DNA of 62,409 nt, the filler included, from Candidatus Tectimicrobiota bacterium (GTDB lineage: Bacteria; JACPSX01): NCBI GenBank assembly GCA_016193065.1. It is 7 parts of 7 records of this genome, joined end to end, with 100 filler letters (N's around TTAATTAATTAA, not from the genome) between each part and the next. Parts side by side here need not be neighbours in the genome. Positions count along the whole stretch, not along the records: positions 6,225 to 24,056 come from JACPSX010000259.1; positions 24,157 to 41,273 come from JACPSX010000243.1; 5 more parts are not named here. The stretch is one strand, 5' to 3'. This document shows, in pieces, positions 17,248 to 26,735 of this stretch. The position numbers were made by a program, and so were the translations under genes. The notes beneath the pieces were generated by a model. That model had not been told where the DNA came from. It ran no database searches and worked only from the letters and a program-made list of their open reading frames with translations. Position 1 is the first letter of the stretch, and each line of letters opens with the position of its first letter.

Positions 17248-17323
17248 GTCAAAAGCGATGGTTGAAATATACACTCTTCACAACCCCCGCCGTATCCATG
17301 ACCACCCGCAGCACCATATGGTT
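17248..17323 (-). repeat. Direct repeat copy 2 (3' end of the intact hydrolase gene)
   Basis: 74/76 identical to 13451-13526. Confidence 0.92.
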
Positions 17324-18187
17324 GGTCTCCCCGTCAGCCCCAAAGCGGATGTCGCGGTATTCGACGATGTGCTCCCCGCCACTCTCGAGATAACGGATCC
17401 AGGGAAAGCGGGCGAACCACAGGAACAGGCGAACCGATTCCGCCGCATCGCTCCGCTCCACATAGCGGTTCCGGGGTGCCTGAATGTAGGAGCGAACGTC
17501 CATGTTGCCGCCGGGCCAGGGGGCCACTGCAGCCTGGTACAGGCGACCAGGCGCCTGAGCCACGGCCCTCCATCGGAAAGGGCTGTGAAGGCGGGGAACT
17601 ACTCCGATCCGGTCGGCCGCGATCACTCGCCGGTCCAGCTCCGCGGCAAACCGCGCCTGGGCCGCCGCCTTGGCCCCGGCAGCCAGGGCAAGGTAGAGGA
17701 CCGCAACGCTCAGGCCGGCCCACACCGCGCGCGCTGCAAGTCGGGGCCGCCGCCAGGCCACCAGCAGGGGGACGGCAAAGGTGGCGGTGAGGATCGGATC
17801 TATGATGAAGGCCAAGTCCCAGGCCAGGCGCGCGTCGCTGAACGGATAAAATACCTGGATGCCGAACGAAGTGATCAGGTCCAGGCCGATGTGGACCAGA
17901 ATTCCGAGGTAGACCAAACCCACGAGCTTCCCATACTGCTTGTGGGCACCCCACCGGTAGATGGGCCAGGCAACCAGAAGGGCCAGGAGGATCCCACCGA
18001 GGAGCGAGTGAGTCAGTCCTCGGTGGTACTTGATGGCCGCAAACTGATCCCAGAGCCCCATGACGCTGTCCAGATCCGGGGCGATTGCACCGGCGGTCAC
18101 CGCCAGGAGAGCAGACCGACCAATCCGCTGGCGGAAGCCCGCGTTGGCCACTGCGATACCGGATAGGGTGTGAGTTATGAAGTCCAT
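17249..18187 (-). CDS. Inner-membrane metal-dependent hydrolase (YdjM-like)
   Basis: MDFITHTLSG, PDLD, HRGLTHSL, HIGLDLITSFG motifs with TM segments. Confidence 0.88.
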   Translation of the reverse strand: MDFITHTLSGIAVANAGFRQRIGRSALLAVTAGAIAPDLDSVMGLWDQFAAIKYHRGLTHSLLGGILLALLVAWPIYRWGAHKQYGKLVGLVYLGILVHIGLDLITSFGIQVFYPFSDARLAWDLAFIIDPILTATFAVPLLVAWRRPRLAARAVWAGLSVAVLYLALAAGAKAAAQARFAAELDRRVIAADRIGVVPRLHSPFRWRAVAQAPGRLYQAAVAPWPGGNMDVRSYIQAPRNRYVERSDAAESVRLFLWFARFPWIRYLESGGEHIVEYRDIRFGADGETNHMVLRVVMDTAGVVKSVYFNHRF

Positions 18188-18269
18188 GTACGATACGTTC
18201 TCCCGCAGGTGGGTCCGCGTCGAGCCAGTGCGAATTTGATCCGCAAGCTGGCCCGACCGCCTCGATCAT

Positions 18270-18707
18270 TCAACGCTGCCGATTCCCCAAAGGGAAACCG
18301 GCTCTCTGCCAGGCAATCATGCCGCCCTTCAAGTCAAACACATTTGTGTAACCCAATCCAGCCAGAGTCCGCGCGGCAATTTCCGACATTGTCCCGCTGC
18401 GGCAGTAGATAACGATCTTTGCCTTCTTATCTTTGGGGAACCGGTCCAGGTTTCTCTCCACTTCATTGTATGGCACATGGAGATCCGTGCCCTTTATCTC
18501 TCCTTCGTACGGGATGTGGACGTTGACAAAAAGAAAGTCCTTTGCCCTGAGAATCTTTTCCAAATCTTTTGCCGTCAGTTCGGCGTACTTTGCCACCTGG
18601 TTCTGCGATCCAGACTGTTGCGCAAACGCATCCCGAGTGGAAAAAGAACTGGCCAAGATAACAACCAGCCCGATAAGAATTCCCTGAACCATCCCTTTGA
18701 CAACCAT
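18270..18707 (-). CDS. Exported single-domain rhodanese
   Basis: Signal peptide (..DAFA), YCRSGTMS active loop, LKGGMIAW; GGAGG RBS. Confidence 0.85.
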   Translation of the reverse strand: MVVKGMVQGILIGLVVILASSFSTRDAFAQQSGSQNQVAKYAELTAKDLEKILRAKDFLFVNVHIPYEGEIKGTDLHVPYNEVERNLDRFPKDKKAKIVIYCRSGTMSEIAARTLAGLGYTNVFDLKGGMIAWQRAGFPLGNRQR

Positions 18708-18810
18708 CTCTCCTCCCTCCTGTCCATCCTCCTGTTTCAGCGCCTCGCCCTGAGTACCTGATCTCTTCTGAACAAACCCGGTTAGCAACCACTTGCCAGA
18801 AAAGAAAAAA

Positions 18811-19242
18811 TTAAAGATCCGGATCGTACTTGGGCCGCCGATCCCAGAGCACTGGAAACGATGGGGCAGGAACAACTTCGGGCCGCCGGATCGGGAAAGA
18901 GTAACTGCAAACCCCGCCTAGGTCGCGCAGATCCCGCTCATCAATGGGGAACCGCTTGCACACGTCAGGCCTGCACGTGTTGTAGATGAGGCAGCAGTCT
19001 CCCTTGAGGTAAGGGCAGGAAAAAACCAGTTTGCAGCAGGCGCCGCACTGGTTGCAGGAGCCCTGCCGCAGGGTCATTTGTTGCTCGACGTAATGCAGGG
19101 CAAACAGGCAGAACCCAAATCGCCTGATTTTTCCCCACAACAGGCGCAGTCCTCTGACAGAAAAAAACGTCGGTACAACCGTAAGACAACGAAAGGGATG
19201 GGCGAGCATCTTCGCCACAATGATCGACTGGCCTCTGAGCAC
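18811..19242 (-). CDS. YkgJ-like CxxCxxCC cysteine-cluster protein (start uncertain)
   Basis: CNQCGACC..CPYL..CLIY..RPDVCKRFP. Confidence 0.7.
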   Translation of the reverse strand: MLRGQSIIVAKMLAHPFRCLTVVPTFFSVRGLRLLWGKIRRFGFCLFALHYVEQQMTLRQGSCNQCGACCKLVFSCPYLKGDCCLIYNTCRPDVCKRFPIDERDLRDLGGVCSYSFPIRRPEVVPAPSFPVLWDRRPKYDPDL

Positions 19243-19277
19243 GTTGGTCCTCCCGATGGCATCTAAAATTCAAATCC

Positions 19278-19697
19278 TCAGGGACTGGCAATAAATTTCT
19301 CCATGTAGCCTTTGGCTTCCTTACTGGCCCAATCCCGACTCCCGACGGCCTCGGCGGCAACCCTGCCGAGACGGTCAATCAGATAGGTCGTGGGTATCCC
19401 CCGCACCCTGTAGAGCGAAGCGACGGCTCCATCCCGATCGAGCAGCGGAGTGAAGGTCAAATTCAATTGTTGGAAGAAATCCTTCACCCGTTCGGGCCTC
19501 TCCCGGATATCAACCGCCAGCATGACCAAGCCCCGGTCTTTATAGAGATTGTACAGCTTCTCCATGGACGGCATTTCCCGGCGGCAGGGGGGACACCATG
19601 TGGCCCAGAAGTTAACAAAGATAACGTTCCCTCGCAAGTCCTTCAGTCGAACTTTTCGGCCATTTAAGTCAGGAAGCGTGAAATCCGGAGCCTCCAC
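19278..19697 (-). CDS. TlpA/ResA-family thiol-disulfide oxidoreductase (N-terminus uncertain or lost)
   Basis: APDFTL.DLNG, VNFWATWCPPCRREMP, GIPTTYLID; no signal or TM segment between it and the oxidase stop. Confidence 0.82.
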   Translation of the reverse strand: MEAPDFTLPDLNGRKVRLKDLRGNVIFVNFWATWCPPCRREMPSMEKLYNLYKDRGLVMLAVDIRERPERVKDFFQQLNLTFTPLLDRDGAVASLYRVRGIPTTYLIDRLGRVAAEAVGSRDWASKEAKGYMEKFIASP

Positions 19698-19750
19698 CTT
19701 CTCTTTAAGTACTTGCAGCCGCAGGGCAGAGGCATAAGGGACCGACCCGG

Positions 19751-21265
19751 CTAGGCTACCCCTCTGTACTCGAACACGCTTGCCATGCCAGTGGCCAGGT
19801 GCCACTCGATGTGGCAGTGGAACAGCCAGCGCCCGGGGTTGGTGGCAGCCCACTGAAGCACAAGCGTATTTCTCGCCGGGACGTCCACCGTGTCCTTCAA
19901 CAGGGGATCGGTCAGGTTGAGACGGTCCGGCCTGCCCAGTACGTAGAACGAGTGGCCGTGCAGGTGCATCGGGTGATCCATTTCCGTGGGGTTCTCCAGG
20001 ACGAGACGGATCGATTCCCCCCGCTCAACCGGGATCGGGGAGGACTGGGGATAGGCCTGGCCGTTGATGGTCCACGAATACGGCGCCATGTTCCCACCCA
20101 TCTGCAGGGTCACCTGGCGAAACGGCGCCCGAGCAAGGTTCACCGGCTCCAGCGGGCGCAGCATGGCGAGGGTGAGCGCCCTGCGCCCCCACACCACCGG
20201 ACCCGGGCGCGGCTCGGCCGGGCGTGCACCCCGCGTGCGGAGGATCGCCCGGACCTCCTTGCCGTCCAGAGTGACCGCGCGAATCCAGTACGCGCCCGCC
20301 CGTTTTCCCTCCACGAGGACGTCGTAGCGCTCCCCAATGGAGACCAGCAGATTGTCCACCGTGACCGGCTTTACGGGGGTCCCGTCAGCGGCAATGACCG
20401 TAAGAGGGTGACCGTCGATCTGGAACCGGAACGCGTAGGTGGAAGAGGCGTTGATGATCCGGAACCGGATTCGCTGGCCCTGGCCCACCTCAAAGGTGGT
20501 CAGGGGGCTTTTGGTGTCGCCGGGCGCGCGTCCCCGGCCGTTGATCAGGCCCATCTCGAAGGGGACATCGGCAATGTCGGCCATCTCTTCCATCTTCATG
20601 CCCGGCATGTGCCCCATTTGCATCCCCTGCATTCCCCCCCTCTCCCCGGCACCTCCACGGATCAGGCCCTGGAGGATCTCCTCGGAAGGTTTGCGGAACC
20701 AGTCGTTGATCACCAGCACCTCGTCCCGGTCGTAGTTGCTCCGCTCCTCCCGGCGCTCGATGATCAGAGGGGCAAGGAGCCCCTCGGAGTATTGGACCCC
20801 CGTGTGGGAGTGGTACCAGTGAGTCCCTGCGGGGCTGGCGAGAAACTCGTAGATGAATTCGGCTCCAGGCGCGATCCCGGCCTGAGTGAGCCCTTCCACA
20901 CCATCCATCCGCCAGGTCCCGATCTGATGCAACCCGTGCCAATGAATCGTTGTGGGCCGGGCCAGTTCATTTTTCACGCGGATCCGAAACATGTCCCCCT
21001 CGGTGGCACGGATGATGGGGCCCGGTACTTGCCCGTTATAAGCCCAGACCTCCCGTTGAACCCCGTAAGGGGCTCCGGGCAGTATGCCTACCCGCAGAGA
21101 AAACGGGATGACCCGGCCTGCTTTTTCCTGGGCGTTTGCCTTTCCAACCGGGAGCCCTCCCACCAGCAATGGGCTGAGCAGTAGGGATCCTCCGGCAGCC
21201 CCCGTCACAGACAAAAACCGACGTCGACTCATAGAAAGATTCATCTTTCTGTGCTCATTTCGCAT
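19751..21265 (-). CDS. Tat-exported three-domain multicopper oxidase
   Basis: SRRRFL Tat motif; HWHG, WYHSH, HPMHLHG, HCHIEWHLATGM copper motifs; Met-rich insert GMQGMQMGHMPGMKM. Confidence 0.95.
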   Translation of the reverse strand: MRNEHRKMNLSMSRRRFLSVTGAAGGSLLLSPLLVGGLPVGKANAQEKAGRVIPFSLRVGILPGAPYGVQREVWAYNGQVPGPIIRATEGDMFRIRVKNELARPTTIHWHGLHQIGTWRMDGVEGLTQAGIAPGAEFIYEFLASPAGTHWYHSHTGVQYSEGLLAPLIIERREERSNYDRDEVLVINDWFRKPSEEILQGLIRGGAGERGGMQGMQMGHMPGMKMEEMADIADVPFEMGLINGRGRAPGDTKSPLTTFEVGQGQRIRFRIINASSTYAFRFQIDGHPLTVIAADGTPVKPVTVDNLLVSIGERYDVLVEGKRAGAYWIRAVTLDGKEVRAILRTRGARPAEPRPGPVVWGRRALTLAMLRPLEPVNLARAPFRQVTLQMGGNMAPYSWTINGQAYPQSSPIPVERGESIRLVLENPTEMDHPMHLHGHSFYVLGRPDRLNLTDPLLKDTVDVPARNTLVLQWAATNPGRWLFHCHIEWHLATGMASVFEYRGVA

Positions 21266-21378
21266 TGAGTAGCTCCTCGAACTTCTGTGAGAATCCGGCA
21301 CCAAACGGCTTACGACCGGCCCGTGCCGCCAACAACTCCAGCGAGCGGGTTCGATCGGAAAAGGAATCTGGCGAGGAC

Positions 21379-21627
21379 TTAGGATCGGGGCGGCCTGTAG
21401 GGAAGGGAGTCCATCCGGGGGGGCACGGGACGAGCAAAAAGCCAGGAACCCCAGATGATCGAGAGAAACAGGACGAGGCCAAAGGAGCCGATTGCCAGAG
21501 CCAGGCAGAAAGAGCTGTGGTCCTGGAGATGGGAAAAGGATGAAGCCAGCCCGCTGGAGGGGGCAACCAGGCAAACAATCCCGGATACAACAACAAAAAA
21601 GGCCAGCACACTCGCTGCGGTCTTCAT
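21379..21627 (-). CDS. Small leader ORF ending YRPPR (candidate CutF/DUF2946-like regulatory peptide)
   Basis: 82 aa from ATG 21627 with GAGGGGG RBS and its own promoter: hydrophobic N-terminus with Cys, HLQDHSSFC, second hydrophobic stretch, Pro-rich tail PVPPRMDSLPYRPPRS. Confidence 0.68.
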   Translation of the reverse strand: MKTAASVLAFFVVVSGIVCLVAPSSGLASSFSHLQDHSSFCLALAIGSFGLVLFLSIIWGSWLFARPVPPRMDSLPYRPPRS

Positions 21628-21658
21628 TGTCCCCCTCTGGTCTAAAAGTTCGTGTTTC

Positions 21659-21687
21659 ATTTTAACGAAAACCAATCTCTTCGACAA
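21659..21687 (-). promoter_or_regulatory. sigma70-type promoter for the leader ORF/oxidase block
   Basis: Minus strand TTGTCG-N17-TAAAAT, about 30 nt upstream of ATG 21627. Confidence 0.5.
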
Positions 21688-21765
21688 CCGCATCCCCCAG
21701 AAAGTTCCCGCGATCCCCTTTCGGCGAAACTCTTCCCCGAGTTCCCTGTTGCCCGCAGGTCTTCT

Positions 21766-22104
21766 GTGATAGAATCCTCGAAAAACAGTCCGAGCCGAAT
21801 CGTCAGCGAGAGGGAAGAAGAATACTTCGCCCGCGTCGAGTTCGAGCGCAAGCAGAAGGAAGCCCAGGAGCGGGAAGCAAAGCTCAAGGAAGAGGAACGC
21901 CGGCAGCGCAAGGCCCTCCACTTCATGTGCTGTCCCAAGTGCGGCATGGAGCTCATCGAGATCGAGTACAAAGGGGTGAAGATCGATAAGTGCAGCGACT
22001 GCGCGGGAGTGTGGTTGGATTGCGGGGAATTGGAACGGATACTCGGCACGGACAGGAATTTCCTCGCAGAAATGCTGGACATCTTCCGCCGCAAAACCGA
22101 TTAG
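21766..22104 (+). CDS. zf-TFIIB zinc-ribbon domain protein (start uncertain)
   Basis: SEREEEYFAR coiled coil, then CPKCG..IDKCSDCAGVWLDCGELE. Confidence 0.8.
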   Translation: MIESSKNSPSRIVSEREEEYFARVEFERKQKEAQEREAKLKEEERRQRKALHFMCCPKCGMELIEIEYKGVKIDKCSDCAGVWLDCGELERILGTDRNFLAEMLDIFRRKTD

Positions 22105-22159
22105 GTCTCATAGGACTATGCCAATCCCTGCATCAGGCATGCTTCTCCCCCTCTCTTCT

Positions 22160-22293
22160 GAGACTGTGTGATAAGTCCGTTCATGGTTCGCCAGGCTCAC
22201 CACGAACGGATGATGACAAACAGAAAATCAATCACATAGCCGTTCGCCCTGAGCGTGTCGAAGGGCGAATAGCAGATTGCGACACAGTATCTC
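22160..22293. repeat. Composite REP/MITE-like element (CCGTTC..GAACGG family)
   Basis: Imperfect terminal inverted repeats GAGACTGTGT / ACACAGTATCTC enclose two palindromes, at 22177-22209 and 22240-22269. Confidence 0.7.
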
Positions 22294-22335
22294 TGGCGGG
22301 AGAAGACAGAGTGAACAAGGGTTTTCTGAGCGGAC

Positions 22336-22665
22336 TTACCGTCCTAGGTCCTCGCTCCGAGGACGACCCCGGAGGTATCCTGTCAGATCCCCGTAAAAGT
22401 TCTCATGCACCCCCACGTCCAGAACTTCAATCACGTTGGACTTGGGAAAGAAGTGGTAAGCCAGGAGATACTGGTGATCACCCCCGCGGAACTTGACTAC
22501 TCGCACCCCTTTAAGCGCCCCGGTCTTTGGCTCTCCGAGTAACGGGTCCCCCACGATGGCCCTTACCTGTCCATCCACAGCATCTTGGATTGCGCCAGGC
22601 AGCCTCCGCTTGGCCCTTCGGAATCGGGGAACCTGCTGAACCCTTCGAGGCGAAGTCTCATTCAC
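22336..22665 (-). CDS. RelE/ParE-like toxin
   Basis: GEPKTGALKGVRVVKF..YLLAY..VGVHENFY; GTGA overlap with the antitoxin. Confidence 0.85.
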   Translation of the reverse strand: MNETSPRRVQQVPRFRRAKRRLPGAIQDAVDGQVRAIVGDPLLGEPKTGALKGVRVVKFRGGDHQYLLAYHFFPKSNVIEVLDVGVHENFYGDLTGYLRGRPRSEDLGR

Positions 22666-22937
22666 CCGATCCGTCCCCACTGGTAGGGTTCAGCGAGTCC
22701 CGTCCGGCTTTCCTCCAACCCCTCCAGGATCCCTTCGATGAAACTCATAGGGAGATCCGGGTTCTCCTTTCCCATCATCCCCAGGTGAGCATAGTACTTG
22801 ATTTGTTCCGAGAGGGATCGCTTGCTTGCCCGGGCTCGCGCCCGCAGGACCCGTACCATCGGTTCGTCGTCCTTTCGGAACCGGATCGACACAGGAGTAC
22901 TGATCCCTGTTGCCCTTTTCCTGGCTGTCTTCGCCAT
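22662..22937 (-). CDS. ParD-like antitoxin
   Basis: RSLSEQIKYYAHLG..ENPDLPMSFIEGIL; directly upstream of the toxin. Confidence 0.8.
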   Translation of the reverse strand: MAKTARKRATGISTPVSIRFRKDDEPMVRVLRARARASKRSLSEQIKYYAHLGMMGKENPDLPMSFIEGILEGLEESRTGLAEPYQWGRIG

Positions 22938-23252
22938 CTCTGCCTTCCTTTCTGCTTTCTTGTACGACTACATTGTAGTTATCGTGGGGAAGGCTGTCAA
23001 GGCGGGTAAGACACTATTTGTTGATGAATGCGAATTCCCCCGGTTCGGATGTCGGCCCTTTTTCGGTTTGGGACTATCAGGCGCCATGGTTCGAAAGGAC
23101 TATGGCGGCCTGGTCCGAACGGGTTGGGGTAGGCTCATCAAGAAATTGAGTCAATTGCCCTTCCTGTCTTTTCTTGATCTCTCTGTTAACCTCACGAAAG
23201 AATCGAACCGCGAGAGAAGCCGATCAGAAACCCGATCCTCACGGAGGAGCGG

Positions 23253-24056
23253 ATGCCTGGCAAATTTCAAGTAGAACTTCCAGACTTCTCGCACTGGCAG
23301 AAAACCGTCAAGTGCCAGGATGCCTGTCCCGTTCACACGGATGCCCGAGGGTATGTCGCGGCCATCGCGGAGGGGGATCCTGAAAAGGCGTACGTCATTG
23401 CCAGGGAACCGAACCCCTTTGCGTCGATTTGCGGCCGGGTCTGCGCGGCTCCCTGCGAGATCGCTTGCCGCCGGGGAGACGTGGATGCTGCCATCGCAAT
23501 CCGGGCACTGAAGCGCTTCGTAACCGAGCGCTTCGGCGTCGAGGCTCTCCTCACGCTGGGAAGAAAGGCAGAAGTCGCTGCGGAAAATCTGGGTTTTAAC
23601 CTGGTCGCAAAGAGAAAGCTCCTGCTGGAATCTCACAGCATCCAGGACCTTAGTGCTTTGCAGAACCTAGCTACACTTTCCGGACCCCCTCTGAAGAAAG
23701 ACGTCTCGGGCCCCAAGCGCGTGGCGGTCATCGGCTCGGGAGTTGCGGGCTTGACGTGCGCTCACGATCTGGCCGTCCTGGGGTACCGGGTGACCGTCTT
23801 CGAGGCCCAGAAGATTCCGGGAGGAATGCTGGTCCTGGGTGTGCCGGAGTACCGCCTGCCGAGAGCTCTCATCCGGGCGGAGATCGACGCGATCCTGGAG
23901 TTGGGGGTCGATCTCAAGATGGGCCGGAAACTGGGCCGGGATTTTTCGATTCAGGACCTGCGGGCGGAGGGGTTCGATGCGATCTTCATCGCCATCGGAG
24001 CCCACAAGACCAGGGAGTTGAGAATGGATGGAGTGGAGTTCGATGGAGTCTTCCGG
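23253..24056 (+). CDS. GltD-like FAD/Fe-S oxidoreductase (partial, cut by contig end)
   Basis: CQDACPVH, NPFASICGRVCAAPCEIAC, VAVIGSGVAG, GVPEYRLP. Confidence 0.88.
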
Positions 24057-24156
24057 NNNNNNNNNNNNNNNNNNNNNNNNNNNNNNNNNNNNNNNNNNNN
24101 TTAATTAATTAANNNNNNNNNNNNNNNNNNNNNNNNNNNNNNNNNNNNNNNNNNNN
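24057..24156. other. Artificial contig linker
   Basis: N-run, TTAATTAATTAA, N-run. Confidence 0.98.
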
Positions 24157-26660
24157 CCCGCAAGGTTGTCCGTGCTGGATCTGGAGAGGGGAATCTGCCG
24201 GAGGAGAAGCGTCTTGGCCTGCCGCAGTTCGGCGGCAGTGACCGGAGTCGTTTGCATCTGGTGCAGATTACGTTCCACCAGGGCGCGGGCTTTCGACACA
24301 TTGGGCGGATCGCAGGCGTATGAGACCTGATAGAGCGAGCGGGTTTTCCCGGCCCTGAGCCAGGCCTCCACGCTGTAAACCAGACCGCTCCGCTCGCGCA
24401 GATCCCGGTACAGGCGCGTTGCGTAGAAGGCACCGGTCAGGACGTGGTTTCCGACCTGGAGGGCGTAGTAGTCCGGATGAGACCGCGTGAGACCCACCGT
24501 TTCCGCCAGGGTCACCTCGGACTGCACCCGGCTCGCGTCTGGCACTGCAGTTGCCGACCGTTTGCTGAGGGGCACGGGAGGAAGGTCCGTCTCCGGTTTG
24601 GGTCCCTGAGACTTCCAGCCGCCGAAGTATTTCTCGATGATTCCCCTGGCCTGTTCCGGGGTCACCTGGCCGATGACGACGATGGTCGTCAGATCAGGCC
24701 GGAAGACTTTGTTGTAATAGTCTTGGACGTGTTCAAGCGTCAAGGACGCCACGGTATCCGGAGTGGCTTCGCGCAGCGCCGGATCATCCTTCGGATAGAG
24801 CGCCGTGCGCAGCGCACGATTGGACAGGTATGCGGGGCTCTGCAATTGGCCGGCCACGGTGCTGATCGTCTCCTTCCGCACGATCTTAAATGCGTCTTCT
24901 GGAAGCGCCGGATGGAGCAAGTGGTCCGCCAGCAACTGCGCGCCCCGCTCAAAGCGTTCCGCCAGAACTTGCAGCGAAAAACTTGTTCCCGCCGACTCAT
25001 TGGCGGCAATCTCGTCCAGCGCTTCCTGGAAGGCCAGGCGGTTCAACGTGGCGGTGCCGTAGGAAAAGAGGCCGGCGAGGACATCCGCGACCCCTTCCTG
25101 ACCTTTCGGCGCTTGTAGGTATGGGTTGTTCTTGACCTGTCCAAAGACGCTGATCGTCGGGCTGATCGTCTCGGGCTGGACGATCAGGCGCAAACCGTTC
25201 GGCAGCACAGTGACGGTCGGTTTCACCGACAGGGCCGGAAGGGCGGGCGGTGCCATGGCTTTTTTCGCCCACGAGGGCAGGGCCACGCGCTTGGTCTCCT
25301 GGGGGGCAAACGATTCCTTGCCGCGGGAGCCCTTCGATTCGACCGGCTGGCCGGAAGGGCGCGCAGTCAAGACGGCCTCGACGGCCGTGTCGTTGACCAG
25401 ATATTCCCTGGCAACGCGATTCACGTCTGCGGGTGTAACCTTCTTGATCGCCTCGATGTCGTCCTCGGGGGAGTTGCGGCCTTCCACGGCGAGTGCCTGG
25501 GACCATGCGGCGGCCATTCCCGCCACCGAGTTTTTCTGGAATTCGGCATCCGCGACCTCGTGATGTTTGGCCGCCTCCACGAGACCCTCAGGAACGCCGT
25601 TTTTCACGTAATCAGCGATGATGTCCTTCATCATCGTGACCAGGGCAGAGCCATCTCCGCCGTGGGGAAACGCCGCCATTGCATAGCCGAAAGCGGCCTT
25701 TGGAAGCGCGCTCGCGTTGAATCCGGCAAACAGCGCTTTGCCCTCGGGAACCAGCGCGTAGAGATTCCCCCTGCGGCTGTCCAGCACGTCCGCCAGGACC
25801 TGGCCTGCGGCAAAGTCCGGGCTGCCGTAGCCGGGCAGGCGATAGGCCACGACATCCAGTCCGTAAGGCAGATCCGTATCGAGGGTGATGGTGGCGGGTT
25901 TGGGCGGGGGCAGTTGGACCGCAGGCCGGGGCGGCACAGGGCGCCTGGGAATTGCCTCAAAGAGCCGTCTGACCTTGGCAAGCGTTCGGTTCGGGTCCAC
26001 GTCCCCGACGATAATCAGGATGGCGTTGTTTGGTCCGTACCAGGTTTTATGAAACTTCTTGAGCATGGCGCCCGTGGTTCGTTGAAACGAGGGGCGGGTG
26101 CCGAGAGCATCGTGAGCGTAAGGAGTTCCGGCGAACATGGCCTCCAGCAGCCGGGTGTAGAAGATGTATTGGGGATCGGAGAGATCCTGGGCGACCTCCT
26201 GTTCAATCGCTCCCCGCTCCTGCTTCCAGAGCTTCTCCGTGTCCAGGACGTCCCGCATCCGGACCGCCTCGATGTGCAGGGCGACATCGAGGGCGTCGGC
26301 GGGGACAGTGAAGAAGTACTGGGTCACGGTCTGCTGAGTGTCGGCATTGAATTCGCCGCCCAGGGCCGCGATGAGGTTGGAAAGCTGGGCCGCCGACAGG
26401 CCCGGGCTGCCCCGAAACATCATGTGCTCCTGGGCGTGCGCCATGCCGGGAAAGCCGGGCGGGGATTCCTTGGCACCGACGAGATAATTGACCTGCGTGG
26501 TCACGACCGGTGCCAGGGTGTTTCGCACAATGACCACCCGCAAGCCGTTCTTCAAAGTGGCCCGGACGATGTCCGCTGCGGCTGCCGTACGTAGGAAACA
26601 TGCGGACAGCGCGAGGAGAGAACTCACGACGAGAAAAACTTGCCTGGAGAGCGTTCGCAC
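24157..26660 (-). CDS. M16 (pitrilysin-family) zinc protease, exported; 3' end cut by contig end
   Basis: Signal peptide; inverted zinc motif HAQEH; duplicated L.NGL domain starts; RLYRDLRERSGLVY. Confidence 0.9.
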
Positions 26661-26735
26661 GACTTTTCCCCTTACCTGAAATGGGATCCTATCTATGCCT
26701 GGAAAATGTACCGTAGGATTTGCCGATTGGGCAGC

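Larger units (their letters stand above)
13451..17323. mobile_element. Degenerate integrated defence island bounded by 76-bp direct repeats
   Basis: Flanking direct repeats. Contents: XRE regulator, SNF2/Mod chimera, ATPase + DUF4276, and Res, DUF3883 and DUF1156 fragments. No integrase remains. Confidence 0.65.
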
